Source of the DNA: a virus
Lineage: Duplodnaviria; Caudoviricetes
DNA: 40,561 nt
Virus record (IMG/VR): IMGVR_UViG_3300007551_000005
Span: 1 to 40,561 of that record
Direction: 5' to 3' (one strand)
Under the pieces are notes generated by a model. The model searched no databases and was not told the DNA's origin. It saw only the letters and a list, made by a program, of their open reading frames with translations. The position numbers and the translations under genes are program-made. This document shows, piece by piece, positions 17,869-26,362 of this stretch; positions within the stretch are counted from its first letter, which is position 1, and every line of letters starts with the position of its first letter.

Positions 17869-20800
17869 ATGGATTCAATTCAATTTTCAGAATTTTCTAC
17901 AAATGGTGTTAATAACAGTGACACCTTTGACGTTTGGCGTAAAAAAACAAATGGTATTATAGAAGAAATCAGCGACGTAAAAGACAGCATATCACCGTTG
18001 TTTTACACCACATCTGAAAACTCTTCTGCCCTGTTAAGAGCTGTCACACTAGACTCTCTACAAACAATAACTGGCATAAAAACTTTTTCTGGCGGCACGG
18101 TTACTTCTCCGGTATTAAAAATTGACGCGGCAGGACTCTATTACGAACAAGGCGCCCTGTCTTCTACGGCTCCAATAAAAAGTGATAAACTGATAGTTGG
18201 CTCTCAATTACAGTTAGGCGCGCATCAGTATGCAATACCAATAAACAACCCCAGCGAATCTTCTCTACTAGGAAAACTAGGAAACTCTTTGTCATGGACG
18301 TCGCTTAGTAGTATTATTTCTCAAATACAGAGTGAAGGAGCAATAAATGTAACTACTACAAATGTAGTACTCCCAGTTGGAACAATACAACCTTACAGTT
18401 CGGTTACGAGTGTGCCAAGCGGGTGGCTGTCCTGCACTGGTGGGCGCTTTAAGGGAGAAGACTATCCAGAACTCGCCACGTTACTATTAAGTACGTACGG
18501 CCAAATCTTTACAAGTCAAAATGGACAAACGCCGGTTTCTCCTGAATTTGAAGCGTATAACGCAAACTGGTGGTACACACTACCAGACTTACGCGGCCGC
18601 ATCACCCTTGGAGCTGGAATCGGTAATGACGGTGTCAACTCGCCTCAAACATTTTCTATTGGTAATATTGGAGGAAAATACTCGCATGCCTTGACGATCG
18701 CTGAGATGCCAAGCCACAACCACAGTTATAGCTATATAAGCGACACTACTGGCACTCTTGAGTTTGGAGAGACTCCTAACGACGGAAGCATGATTACAAC
18801 AAATACCTCTTCCGTTGGAGGCAGCCAAGCACACTCTATAATTCAGCCATACCTTGTCACAAATTATATTATAAAGGCAACTCCTGACACGGTGGTCAAT
18901 ACATTTATTGATCGCGGAAACGTTCTTGATATTATTAAAGGGGAAGAGTCTCTGCAAAGTTTGGCACTTACAAGTGGCGGAACTGCAACGCTAAACTTAA
19001 GACACGACAACACGCTACGCATAAATTCGGAACGACAATTGGGTCTTGCACCGCTTTCCATTAGCAGCAATAACATATTGCCAGACTCGATTGATCCTAG
19101 TAAACTTAGCTTTGGCGGTCCAAGTTGGGACTCAAGCACTGACGTTTTATATGAAGGTCGTGACACAAACACACGTCGTCGAGTAGCAACGCGGGAGTAT
19201 GTCGATTCGAAAATATTTAAAACTGGACCAGCAGCAAAACTAGTTAGCCGCCCATCCAGTGGGCCTGACACTTCTGCTCCTGGATTTGGTGAATTTTGTT
19301 ATATAAATCATGACGGCGTTCCAGTCATAACAGGTGAAAACAGAAACAACCGGTTTGGCTTTGCTAGCAAATTCTCGCACTGCGAGATGCCACTTCCTGA
19401 CAACCGTCGCGCGGTTGAGTTGCATGTTGGATATACCTTTATGTGCGCTCTCGATGAAACTGGAGAATTATGGACAATCGGCACCAGTGATTATAATATG
19501 TTTAATATTGTTCCATTTCCAGGAGCAACAAACGCTGCATTTTACTTAACGTCATGGACAAAGGCATACACCCCATTGTATGCCTATAGCACAAATAATA
19601 AAATTCGTAAAGTTATAGTCGCTGGAGACATTGAAGTTTATAACGTCGCCGTAATTGATACATCAAATCGTCTATGGATCGCTGGTTATAATCAACATGG
19701 AGTCCTTGGTCGTGGAAATTCTGGAACGACAACTACCAACACGTCAACAAAGCCTGGCGGCGAAGCGACTCCAGTATTAGAAAACGTACTTGATGCCTTT
19801 TTGGTTGGAAGTTGGGCAGGCGCTGAATATGCAGTATGCGTTGCATTAACACCGTCTGGCATACGCATGACAGGCTATGGAGGTCAGGGGCAAAATGGAA
19901 GCGGAAACAACACTTCTATTAACAACACCTTTAACACAATAACACTGCCTGGCATTGAAAATTATTCTGCCTGCAATATATATGGCTCTGGATCAGATGC
20001 CGCCACGTCTATATTTGTAAAAACTCCAGACGGTCTCCTGTATGGTTGGGGATACAACGGTAATAATATATTTGGCGACAATTCTGGTACAAACAAAAAC
20101 ATTCCAACTGTAATTTTCAATAATCCAGATATAAACATTGACTCGCTGTATACAACTACTCATGTTGGCGGACAAGGCGCACTATATTTTTCTGGTCAAA
20201 GGAATAACGCAACTTCTCAACGAGGCACAACTATAGAGAGTGCGACTGCAGGACATCTATTGGGAACATCAATAAGCTCAAATGATTCCGGCAACATAAT
20301 TGCCGTAGGCGCGCCTGGTGTCAATGGTAGAGTGCAGTGCCATATCTATAACGGCGGCTCTTGGTCAACGTATGGACCTCTTATAACTACTCAAGAAACT
20401 AACGCGCTTTTTGGACAGTCTGTAAGCTTAAATTCTGCAGGCGATCGTCTCTGTATTGGCGTGCCAGACGGTCAACTGGTTGGCTCTTCACGCTTTGGCC
20501 AGATGCGTATATATGATTACTCAAATTCAAGCAGTAGCTGGGTTCAACGTAACCTTTCATTTAATGGCGAATTAGCAAATTCTAAACTAGGTTCTTCCGT
20601 CGCGTTGTCTGGTGACGGCAACGTCGTAGCGGTAGGAGCCCCTGGATACAATGGTAATATTGGACGCGTCTATATTAGACGTATAACAGCTATTGGTACA
20701 GATCCAGTTGGTGACTCAATAACTGGTACAGCTACAAATCAACAATGCGGCATAAAAGTTGCAATCAACACTTCAGGAACAATAATAGCTGTTGCTTCAA

Positions 20801-21816
20801 ACGGAGTCTCTAGTGCAGGAGTAGTGAGAGTTTATCGCCTGACAAATGGCAACTGGTCACAGCTTGGAGGAGACATTACTGGAAGAGCCGCGTCAGACGG
20901 CGCGATTAACATATCATTAGACGGCACTGGCACACTACTAGCAATTGGCGCTCCAGGCTCAGACACAGCAGGATCAAATAGCGGAACTACTAGAGTGTAT
21001 AACTATGATTCTTCAACTACTTCATGGGTTCAACTTGGCACCGACATACACGGTTTATCAGTAAATGAAGCGAGCGGAACTGCAGTAGCATTTTCTCGTG
21101 ACGGCTCAACACTAGCGGTTGGCGCGTTAAACGGCGATGCTTATGGACAAATAGACAGTGGCACAGTTCGTCTACTTAGATATGACGATTCGAAATGGAA
21201 GCTACTAACCGGAACGTTAGCGGGAGAAGTTGCAAGTGAAAAGTTTGGCGGAGCAATTGCCCTTTCATCAACTGGATCAAACGTTTTAGTGGCGGCCCCG
21301 TCATGGAGTTCTAACCGCGGTCGCGTACGCTCAATTGGCTTTGTAAGTTCCCCAATAATTTCTTATGAAATATGGTGCGCTGGTAAAAATACAGGAAATA
21401 AATTTTCACTTACTGGTGACTCAACAACGTGGAGACAAATGGGACCGCTGCCAACTGGCTACCAAATTAAAGAATTTTGGCCTGGTAACGGATATTATTC
21501 AGATAACGTTAACTTTGTAAAGGCATATCGCCCTGAAGATAATATGAATTATCTATTTGTTGTCGGATCAAATACAAAATATGAATCCGGTCTTGGCAAC
21601 AACACCGTATTAAACACTTGGACACGCTTAAACTTGCAATCACACGTTGTTGATCGTATAATTAATATACAGTCAGTAAGTCCATACGGCGGCGAAGACT
21701 ACACAATTTTACACCTAGATGACGGCACTCTCTACTTCGCTGGATACAACAGTTATATGATTGATCCAAATTTACCAAATAACGGCTACAGGACAGACTT
21801 TACACGCATAAAATAA
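17869..21816 (+). CDS. Tail fibre/adhesin: SDTFDxWRxKTN N-terminus, tail collar, RCC1-like repeats and FG-GAP propeller
   Basis: Collar PVGTIQPY...LPDLRGR...HALTIAEMPSHNH...QPYLVTNYIIK. RCC1-like LWIAGYNQHGVLG and LYGWGYNGNN. FG-GAP-like G.SVALSGDGNVVAVGAP repeats. Confidence 0.8.
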   Translation: MDSIQFSEFSTNGVNNSDTFDVWRKKTNGIIEEISDVKDSISPLFYTTSENSSALLRAVTLDSLQTITGIKTFSGGTVTSPVLKIDAAGLYYEQGALSSTAPIKSDKLIVGSQLQLGAHQYAIPINNPSESSLLGKLGNSLSWTSLSSIISQIQSEGAINVTTTNVVLPVGTIQPYSSVTSVPSGWLSCTGGRFKGEDYPELATLLLSTYGQIFTSQNGQTPVSPEFEAYNANWWYTLPDLRGRITLGAGIGNDGVNSPQTFSIGNIGGKYSHALTIAEMPSHNHSYSYISDTTGTLEFGETPNDGSMITTNTSSVGGSQAHSIIQPYLVTNYIIKATPDTVVNTFIDRGNVLDIIKGEESLQSLALTSGGTATLNLRHDNTLRINSERQLGLAPLSISSNNILPDSIDPSKLSFGGPSWDSSTDVLYEGRDTNTRRRVATREYVDSKIFKTGPAAKLVSRPSSGPDTSAPGFGEFCYINHDGVPVITGENRNNRFGFASKFSHCEMPLPDNRRAVELHVGYTFMCALDETGELWTIGTSDYNMFNIVPFPGATNAAFYLTSWTKAYTPLYAYSTNNKIRKVIVAGDIEVYNVAVIDTSNRLWIAGYNQHGVLGRGNSGTTTTNTSTKPGGEATPVLENVLDAFLVGSWAGAEYAVCVALTPSGIRMTGYGGQGQNGSGNNTSINNTFNTITLPGIENYSACNIYGSGSDAATSIFVKTPDGLLYGWGYNGNNIFGDNSGTNKNIPTVIFNNPDINIDSLYTTTHVGGQGALYFSGQRNNATSQRGTTIESATAGHLLGTSISSNDSGNIIAVGAPGVNGRVQCHIYNGGSWSTYGPLITTQETNALFGQSVSLNSAGDRLCIGVPDGQLVGSSRFGQMRIYDYSNSSSSWVQRNLSFNGELANSKLGSSVALSGDGNVVAVGAPGYNGNIGRVYIRRITAIGTDPVGDSITGTATNQQCGIKVAINTSGTIIAVASNGVSSAGVVRVYRLTNGNWSQLGGDITGRAASDGAINISLDGTGTLLAIGAPGSDTAGSNSGTTRVYNYDSSTTSWVQLGTDIHGLSVNEASGTAVAFSRDGSTLAVGALNGDAYGQIDSGTVRLLRYDDSKWKLLTGTLAGEVASEKFGGAIALSSTGSNVLVAAPSWSSNRGRVRSIGFVSSPIISYEIWCAGKNTGNKFSLTGDSTTWRQMGPLPTGYQIKEFWPGNGYYSDNVNFVKAYRPEDNMNYLFVVGSNTKYESGLGNNTVLNTWTRLNLQSHVVDRIINIQSVSPYGGEDYTILHLDDGTLYFAGYNSYMIDPNLPNNGYRTDFTRIK

Positions 21817-21817
21817 T

Positions 21818-24595
21818 ATGTCAGATTATAAAAAAATAATTTTAAAAAATAGTCCAACTGCTGGTGCAGTTCCGCTTGAACAATTTTTAGATCACGGAGA
21901 GCTTGCACTAAACTACGCAGACAATAAAATCTATTACAAGACTCTCGATGGAAGTATTGTAGTGCATGAGACGCCTAACATTGACGTAAATGCCAGTCCA
22001 AATTCTGCAGTACGTCGCAATCTAGACGGCTCTGGTATATTTAATGGAGTGATTAGTGAAGGCACTGAGCCTGATATTTATGGCATCTACTCTACACACA
22101 GTTCCGCTGCAACTGCAAAACTTATCAATACTGGAGTGTGTACAGGTGCTGAAATATCTGCTGATGCTGGATTTGGCGCTGAAATAAGCAGTCTTGTTAA
22201 TACCGGTGCAAAAATATACAGCACATCGGGTGCCGGCGCAGAAATATACAGCACGTCTGGAACTGGTGCGCGAATCTATAGTTCAACTTCTGGCATTGGC
22301 GCTGAAATAAGCAGTCAAACTAATAGCGGCGCTGAAATACGCAGTATATCTGGAACTGGCGCTGAGATAAGCAGCGAGACCGGTCTTGGCTTGTTGATAA
22401 CAAGTGCGTATGGTTCCGGCGCTCAAATTTCACTTGGAGGCTCTTCACCAGACACAATTGGATTAGAAATAAATACCGCGTCCGGCGTTGGCCTATCAGT
22501 CGATAGTTTAAACTCAACTGGTATTTCTTGCCGCAGTATAAATGACACTGCTGCAGAATTTTATACCGAAAATGGAGACTATCACGCTAGGTTTGGTTCA
22601 AGTACTACTGATGTACAGGGACTTGGTATATCGGCACCAAACGCATCAGTTGATTGGTTAAAATTTAGTGGAGGGGCTGTGACAGCAACTGGTAAATTAC
22701 AAACAACCATTACTGCAAATCGCACATGGACACTTCCGGATGCGTCTGGAACAATATTATTGGATAGTGATATCACAGACGGAGGCTTCAACCTTAACAC
22801 AGAAAATTTTACTGGCGATCTCTCTGGAGAGGTTACTGGCAAGCAAAATACCACTGTCGTTTCAACGACAGCCGTAACAGGAAAGGTGTTGACTGGTTAC
22901 TCTTCGGCAACTGGCGCAATAACTGCTGCTGACACAATTCTAACTGCAATTGGAAAACTTAATGGTAACATAGCCTTGAAGGCAGATCTCGCGTCGCCAA
23001 CCTTTACCGGTACCGTATCAGGCATCACAAAAGCCATGGTTGGGTTGACCAATGTTGACGACACTTCAGACGCAAACAAACCAGTATCCACAGCGCAGCA
23101 AACGGCTCTCAATCTAAAGGCAAACATTGCTTCCCCAACCTTTACCGGCACAGTATCAGGCATCACTGCAACCATGGTTGGGTTGGCTAATGTCGATAAT
23201 ACGTCAGACGCAAACAAGCCGGTTTCGACGGCGCAGCAAACGGCTCTCAATCTAAAGGCAAACATTGCTTCCCCAACCTTTACCGGCACAGTATCAGGCA
23301 TTTCAAAAGCCATGGTTGGGTTAGGAAACGTTAATGACACGTCAGACGCAAGCAAGCCAGTATCCACGGCACAACAAACGGCACTCAACCTAAAGGCAGA
23401 TCTCGCGTCGCCAACCTTTACCGGCACAGTAACTCTTCCAGCCGGCACCGCCTCAATCGCTCCAGTAAAGCTTACCTCTGGCACAAATTTAACAGCTCCA
23501 GTCTTGGGAGCGATCGAATTTGACGGTAACAATCTTTATTTTACAACAAATGCTACTACTCCAACGCGCAACACAATTGCGTTTACTTCTCCAGGGGTTC
23601 CAGCTGGAAATGGAAAAATTATAACAGTAAATGCCACTACTGGTACAGACGATCGTACGGGATTAGAGCCATACTCGGCAGCGCCATTTGCATCAATCGG
23701 CGCGGCTACCGCAGCTTCGGCAAACGGAGACTTAATTTATGTTCGTACCGGAACGTATACTATTACTACGGGTACAGCAGTTAATCTAGATGGAAAAGGA
23801 GACGTATACTTTGAGCCCGGAACAACCGTTAATGTAAATAGCGGAACTGCATTTGTATGCTCAGTAAATGAAAAGAAAAAGGTATGTGGCTATGCAGATT
23901 TTGTAGTAAATGCCACCGCCTCCCTCGTTTCACTTACGTCTGGAAGTCCAACCGTATATTTCGAATGCAACTCTATTAGCGGTAACACTACCTCTACGCT
24001 ATTTTCTACGAGTGTTTCTTCAGTATTGAATGTATCAATTAGCGGTAGCGGAATAGACACAACAGCTGCTACAATATTTTCATTAGCTGGAAATTCAAAA
24101 ATTACCGCAACAGCTCACACTGTTTCTTCTAGCAAATACTTAGCTGCCTCTGGTACGTCAACTTCGTTGATTAACTCAACAATACAAAATTTATCTACCG
24201 CAAACGTCACTTCAGGCATAGACATAGTCTCAATAGGAACTGCAAACTTTTATGTTGATCATTATACTCATGACGGGAAAGGATTAGCCTGCGCATGGAT
24301 TCAAAACTCGCAAACTGAAAAAATTGCTTTTATAAACACACTATGGTATAGTACCGCTACAACCAATAATCATATATCTTTGGATTCAACACAGTCGTCT
24401 ATGACGACTAAAAAGATAAAATTAGTTGGAACAAATACGTTTTGCGGTTTAACCGGAGCAACAAACAGCATCACTAGCACAAAGGCAGTTAACATCAACG
24501 TTCAAAATTCTTACGCAGCGACTGCAGCAAATTCAAATGTTACTTTTAAAGTTGGTATGTTTACGGTTGATGTTGATGTAAATAATTTTAATTAA
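21818..24595 (+). CDS. Tail fibre/spike protein with GELALN (Mtd_N-like) N-terminus, repeats and a beta-helix-like C-terminus
   Basis: GELALNYADNKIYYK, 10-11 aa GAEISS repeats, 46-aa shaft repeats, and PFASIGAA...GDLIYVRTGTY (pectin-lyase-like start). Confidence 0.75.
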   Translation: MSDYKKIILKNSPTAGAVPLEQFLDHGELALNYADNKIYYKTLDGSIVVHETPNIDVNASPNSAVRRNLDGSGIFNGVISEGTEPDIYGIYSTHSSAATAKLINTGVCTGAEISADAGFGAEISSLVNTGAKIYSTSGAGAEIYSTSGTGARIYSSTSGIGAEISSQTNSGAEIRSISGTGAEISSETGLGLLITSAYGSGAQISLGGSSPDTIGLEINTASGVGLSVDSLNSTGISCRSINDTAAEFYTENGDYHARFGSSTTDVQGLGISAPNASVDWLKFSGGAVTATGKLQTTITANRTWTLPDASGTILLDSDITDGGFNLNTENFTGDLSGEVTGKQNTTVVSTTAVTGKVLTGYSSATGAITAADTILTAIGKLNGNIALKADLASPTFTGTVSGITKAMVGLTNVDDTSDANKPVSTAQQTALNLKANIASPTFTGTVSGITATMVGLANVDNTSDANKPVSTAQQTALNLKANIASPTFTGTVSGISKAMVGLGNVNDTSDASKPVSTAQQTALNLKADLASPTFTGTVTLPAGTASIAPVKLTSGTNLTAPVLGAIEFDGNNLYFTTNATTPTRNTIAFTSPGVPAGNGKIITVNATTGTDDRTGLEPYSAAPFASIGAATAASANGDLIYVRTGTYTITTGTAVNLDGKGDVYFEPGTTVNVNSGTAFVCSVNEKKKVCGYADFVVNATASLVSLTSGSPTVYFECNSISGNTTSTLFSTSVSSVLNVSISGSGIDTTAATIFSLAGNSKITATAHTVSSSKYLAASGTSTSLINSTIQNLSTANVTSGIDIVSIGTANFYVDHYTHDGKGLACAWIQNSQTEKIAFINTLWYSTATTNNHISLDSTQSSMTTKKIKLVGTNTFCGLTGATNSITSTKAVNINVQNSYAATAANSNVTFKVGMFTVDVDVNNFN
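22141..22440 (+). repeat. About ten 10-11 aa GA(E/K/R)I(S/Y)S coding repeats
   Basis: GAEISADAGF GAEISSLVNT GAKIYSTSGA GAEIYSTSGT and so on. TTGGCGCTGAAATAAGCAGTC is exact at 22173 and 22296. Confidence 0.85.
22979..23430 (+). repeat. 138-bp (46-aa) tandem repeat, three full units plus a partial fourth
   Basis: Units start with AAGGC at 22979, 23117, 23255 and 23393 and encode KAxxASPTFTGTVSGIxxxMVGLxNVxxTSDAxKPVSTAQQTALNL. Confidence 0.95.
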
Positions 24596-24603
24596 ACAAA
24601 TAT

Positions 24604-24957
24604 ATGGGAGAAACAAAATTACATAACGATTTAAATGTTACTGGTAAAATTACCGTTGCGGGCATAATAGACTCTACCGTAACTGGGTCTGGAAAAACTT
24701 TTGCAAATGCTGATAACGGTAAAATCTTTCATATTAGTGGAAATAATACCGTAGTGCTTCCTGCCCGGTCTGGGCTGGACGATGGTTGGACGATTGGAAT
24801 AGTTAACGTGTCTGGAGACACCATAACAGTTAATACTACTGGGTCAGACCTTGTAAATGGAGTAGGTTCAGTCATCAACTCAAGTATATACACTGGGTTC
24901 TATGTGTATAAATCTGACACGACAAATCAATTTATTGCCATGGGTACGGTATATTGA
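24604..24957 (+). CDS. Small fibre-tip/knob-like protein
   Basis: 117 aa. ADNGKIF...TVVLP...GWTIGIVN...ITV resembles C-terminal knob domains of phage fibres. Confidence 0.6.
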   Translation: MGETKLHNDLNVTGKITVAGIIDSTVTGSGKTFANADNGKIFHISGNNTVVLPARSGLDDGWTIGIVNVSGDTITVNTTGSDLVNGVGSVINSSIYTGFYVYKSDTTNQFIAMGTVY

Positions 24958-24958
24958 T

Positions 24959-26350
24959 ATGAACATATATCATTTTAAAAGAGCGGTAGTTTCAGGGTTG
25001 CAGCGCGTAATTTTAAATGCACCGCCACTAATAGGCACATACGCCGATGATTCGTTTGGTCTTTCAGTTGACTTTAATACCGCTGGAAACATATGCGTCA
25101 TTGGTAATCCACCTTATGACACTACTGACACAGGTGCCGTAAAAGTGTATAAACAAAACCCATCAACGAAGTTATGGGAGCAACTTGGAGGTAACATTAC
25201 TGGAGTTGTAGGGGAGCGTATTGGCTATAGCGTAGCCATAACTGGTGACGGACTCAGAATAGTAGTTGGTAGCGAAGGGTCTAATGTAGTTAACGGTTCT
25301 GTATATGTGTATGACTATGACGGCACAGATTGGGTAAAAACTTCAACAATAACTGGTCAGGGAGTTGCGTACTGGTCAGGATTTTCAGTGGCTATAAACA
25401 GCACAGGAAATACTGTTGCGTTTGGCTCTCCTAAAGACGACGCGTCTGGAACAGACAAAGGATCTGTTGTAATATACAGACAAAGATATGGCGCATGGGT
25501 AAATATTGGTACTCTATATGGAGAGTTAGTAGGCGACAACTCTGGATGGAGCATAGCACTAAATTCACTTGGAAACATTTTAGTAGTAGGAGCTCCCTTT
25601 AATGACTCTCCTACTACAACCGATACCGGTCATACCAGAATCTATCAATACAGCGGACCTACTGGGTGGACAGCTGACACTCTACCGTCAACGTGGGCTC
25701 AACTTGGGCTTGACATTGACGGCACCCCAAACAGTCAGGCAGGGTTTAGTGTCGCGTGTAACGACAGCGGAAATACAATTGCTATTGGTAACATTCATGA
25801 CAGCACAGTATCCGCAAATGGAGGAGTAGTAAAGGTTTATCGATACGTTTCAGGTTCATGGATTCAGTACGGAGACGCAATTGCGGGGGACGCAGGCGAC
25901 CTAACTGGATACAGCGTCTCCTTTGATAATACTGGCAGCGAACTTGCGGTAAGTTATCCATACAAAGACTCAGCGAGCAAAGTTGATACCGGTGCCGTAG
26001 AAATATACAGATATTCAAACGCAGCATGGAGAAAAACCTATCCTCGTATACCTGGCATAACGGCAGGTGAAACCTCTGGGTGGTCATTAGCACTAAGCAA
26101 AAACGCGCGAAATATAATTATAGGCGCTCCAAACTATGTTGAAGGCGGAAATAAACTTGGCATTGCTAGAATCTATACGCTTCCAAAACAATATGCCTTT
26201 TGGGACTTTAACTACATTCAAACTTCAACATTAAACTCCTTTAAAATAACCGCCGCTACCTCTCCTTCTATAGTTATAAAATGGGGAGATGGTACAGCTG
26301 ACACTACAACCACTTCTGCAACGCCAGTAAGTCATACCTACACTATATAA
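24959..26350 (+). CDS. FG-GAP (integrin-alpha-like) beta-propeller protein with C-terminal PKD-like half-domain
   Basis: Seven G(F/W/Y/L)S(V/I/L)x...G-P...G.V.IY type repeats, ending IKWGDGT...VSHTYTI. The ATG at 24959 follows the upstream TGA. Confidence 0.8.
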   Translation: MNIYHFKRAVVSGLQRVILNAPPLIGTYADDSFGLSVDFNTAGNICVIGNPPYDTTDTGAVKVYKQNPSTKLWEQLGGNITGVVGERIGYSVAITGDGLRIVVGSEGSNVVNGSVYVYDYDGTDWVKTSTITGQGVAYWSGFSVAINSTGNTVAFGSPKDDASGTDKGSVVIYRQRYGAWVNIGTLYGELVGDNSGWSIALNSLGNILVVGAPFNDSPTTTDTGHTRIYQYSGPTGWTADTLPSTWAQLGLDIDGTPNSQAGFSVACNDSGNTIAIGNIHDSTVSANGGVVKVYRYVSGSWIQYGDAIAGDAGDLTGYSVSFDNTGSELAVSYPYKDSASKVDTGAVEIYRYSNAAWRKTYPRIPGITAGETSGWSLALSKNARNIIIGAPNYVEGGNKLGIARIYTLPKQYAFWDFNYIQTSTLNSFKITAATSPSIVIKWGDGTADTTTTSATPVSHTYTI

Positions 26351-26353
26351 ATA
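26346..26353 (+). promoter_or_regulatory. T4-type late promoter TATAAATA containing the upstream TAA stop
   Basis: Exact consensus ending 9 nt before ATG 26363. Confidence 0.8.
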
Positions 26354-26362
26354 ACATATATT

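Noticed and set aside
22979-23430. Repeat as a CRISPR array or DGR template/variable repeat
   Set aside because: It is an in-frame coding repeat without unique spacers. The differences are not adenine-specific, and no cas or reverse transcriptase gene is in the window.
22897-23532. 211-aa minus-strand ORF with repeats
   Set aside because: It is the antisense shadow of the 138-bp coding repeat and has no promoter or independent signal.
24902-24958. Upstream start for the FG-GAP gene
   Set aside because: It overlaps the previous gene, while ATG 24959 follows its stop directly.
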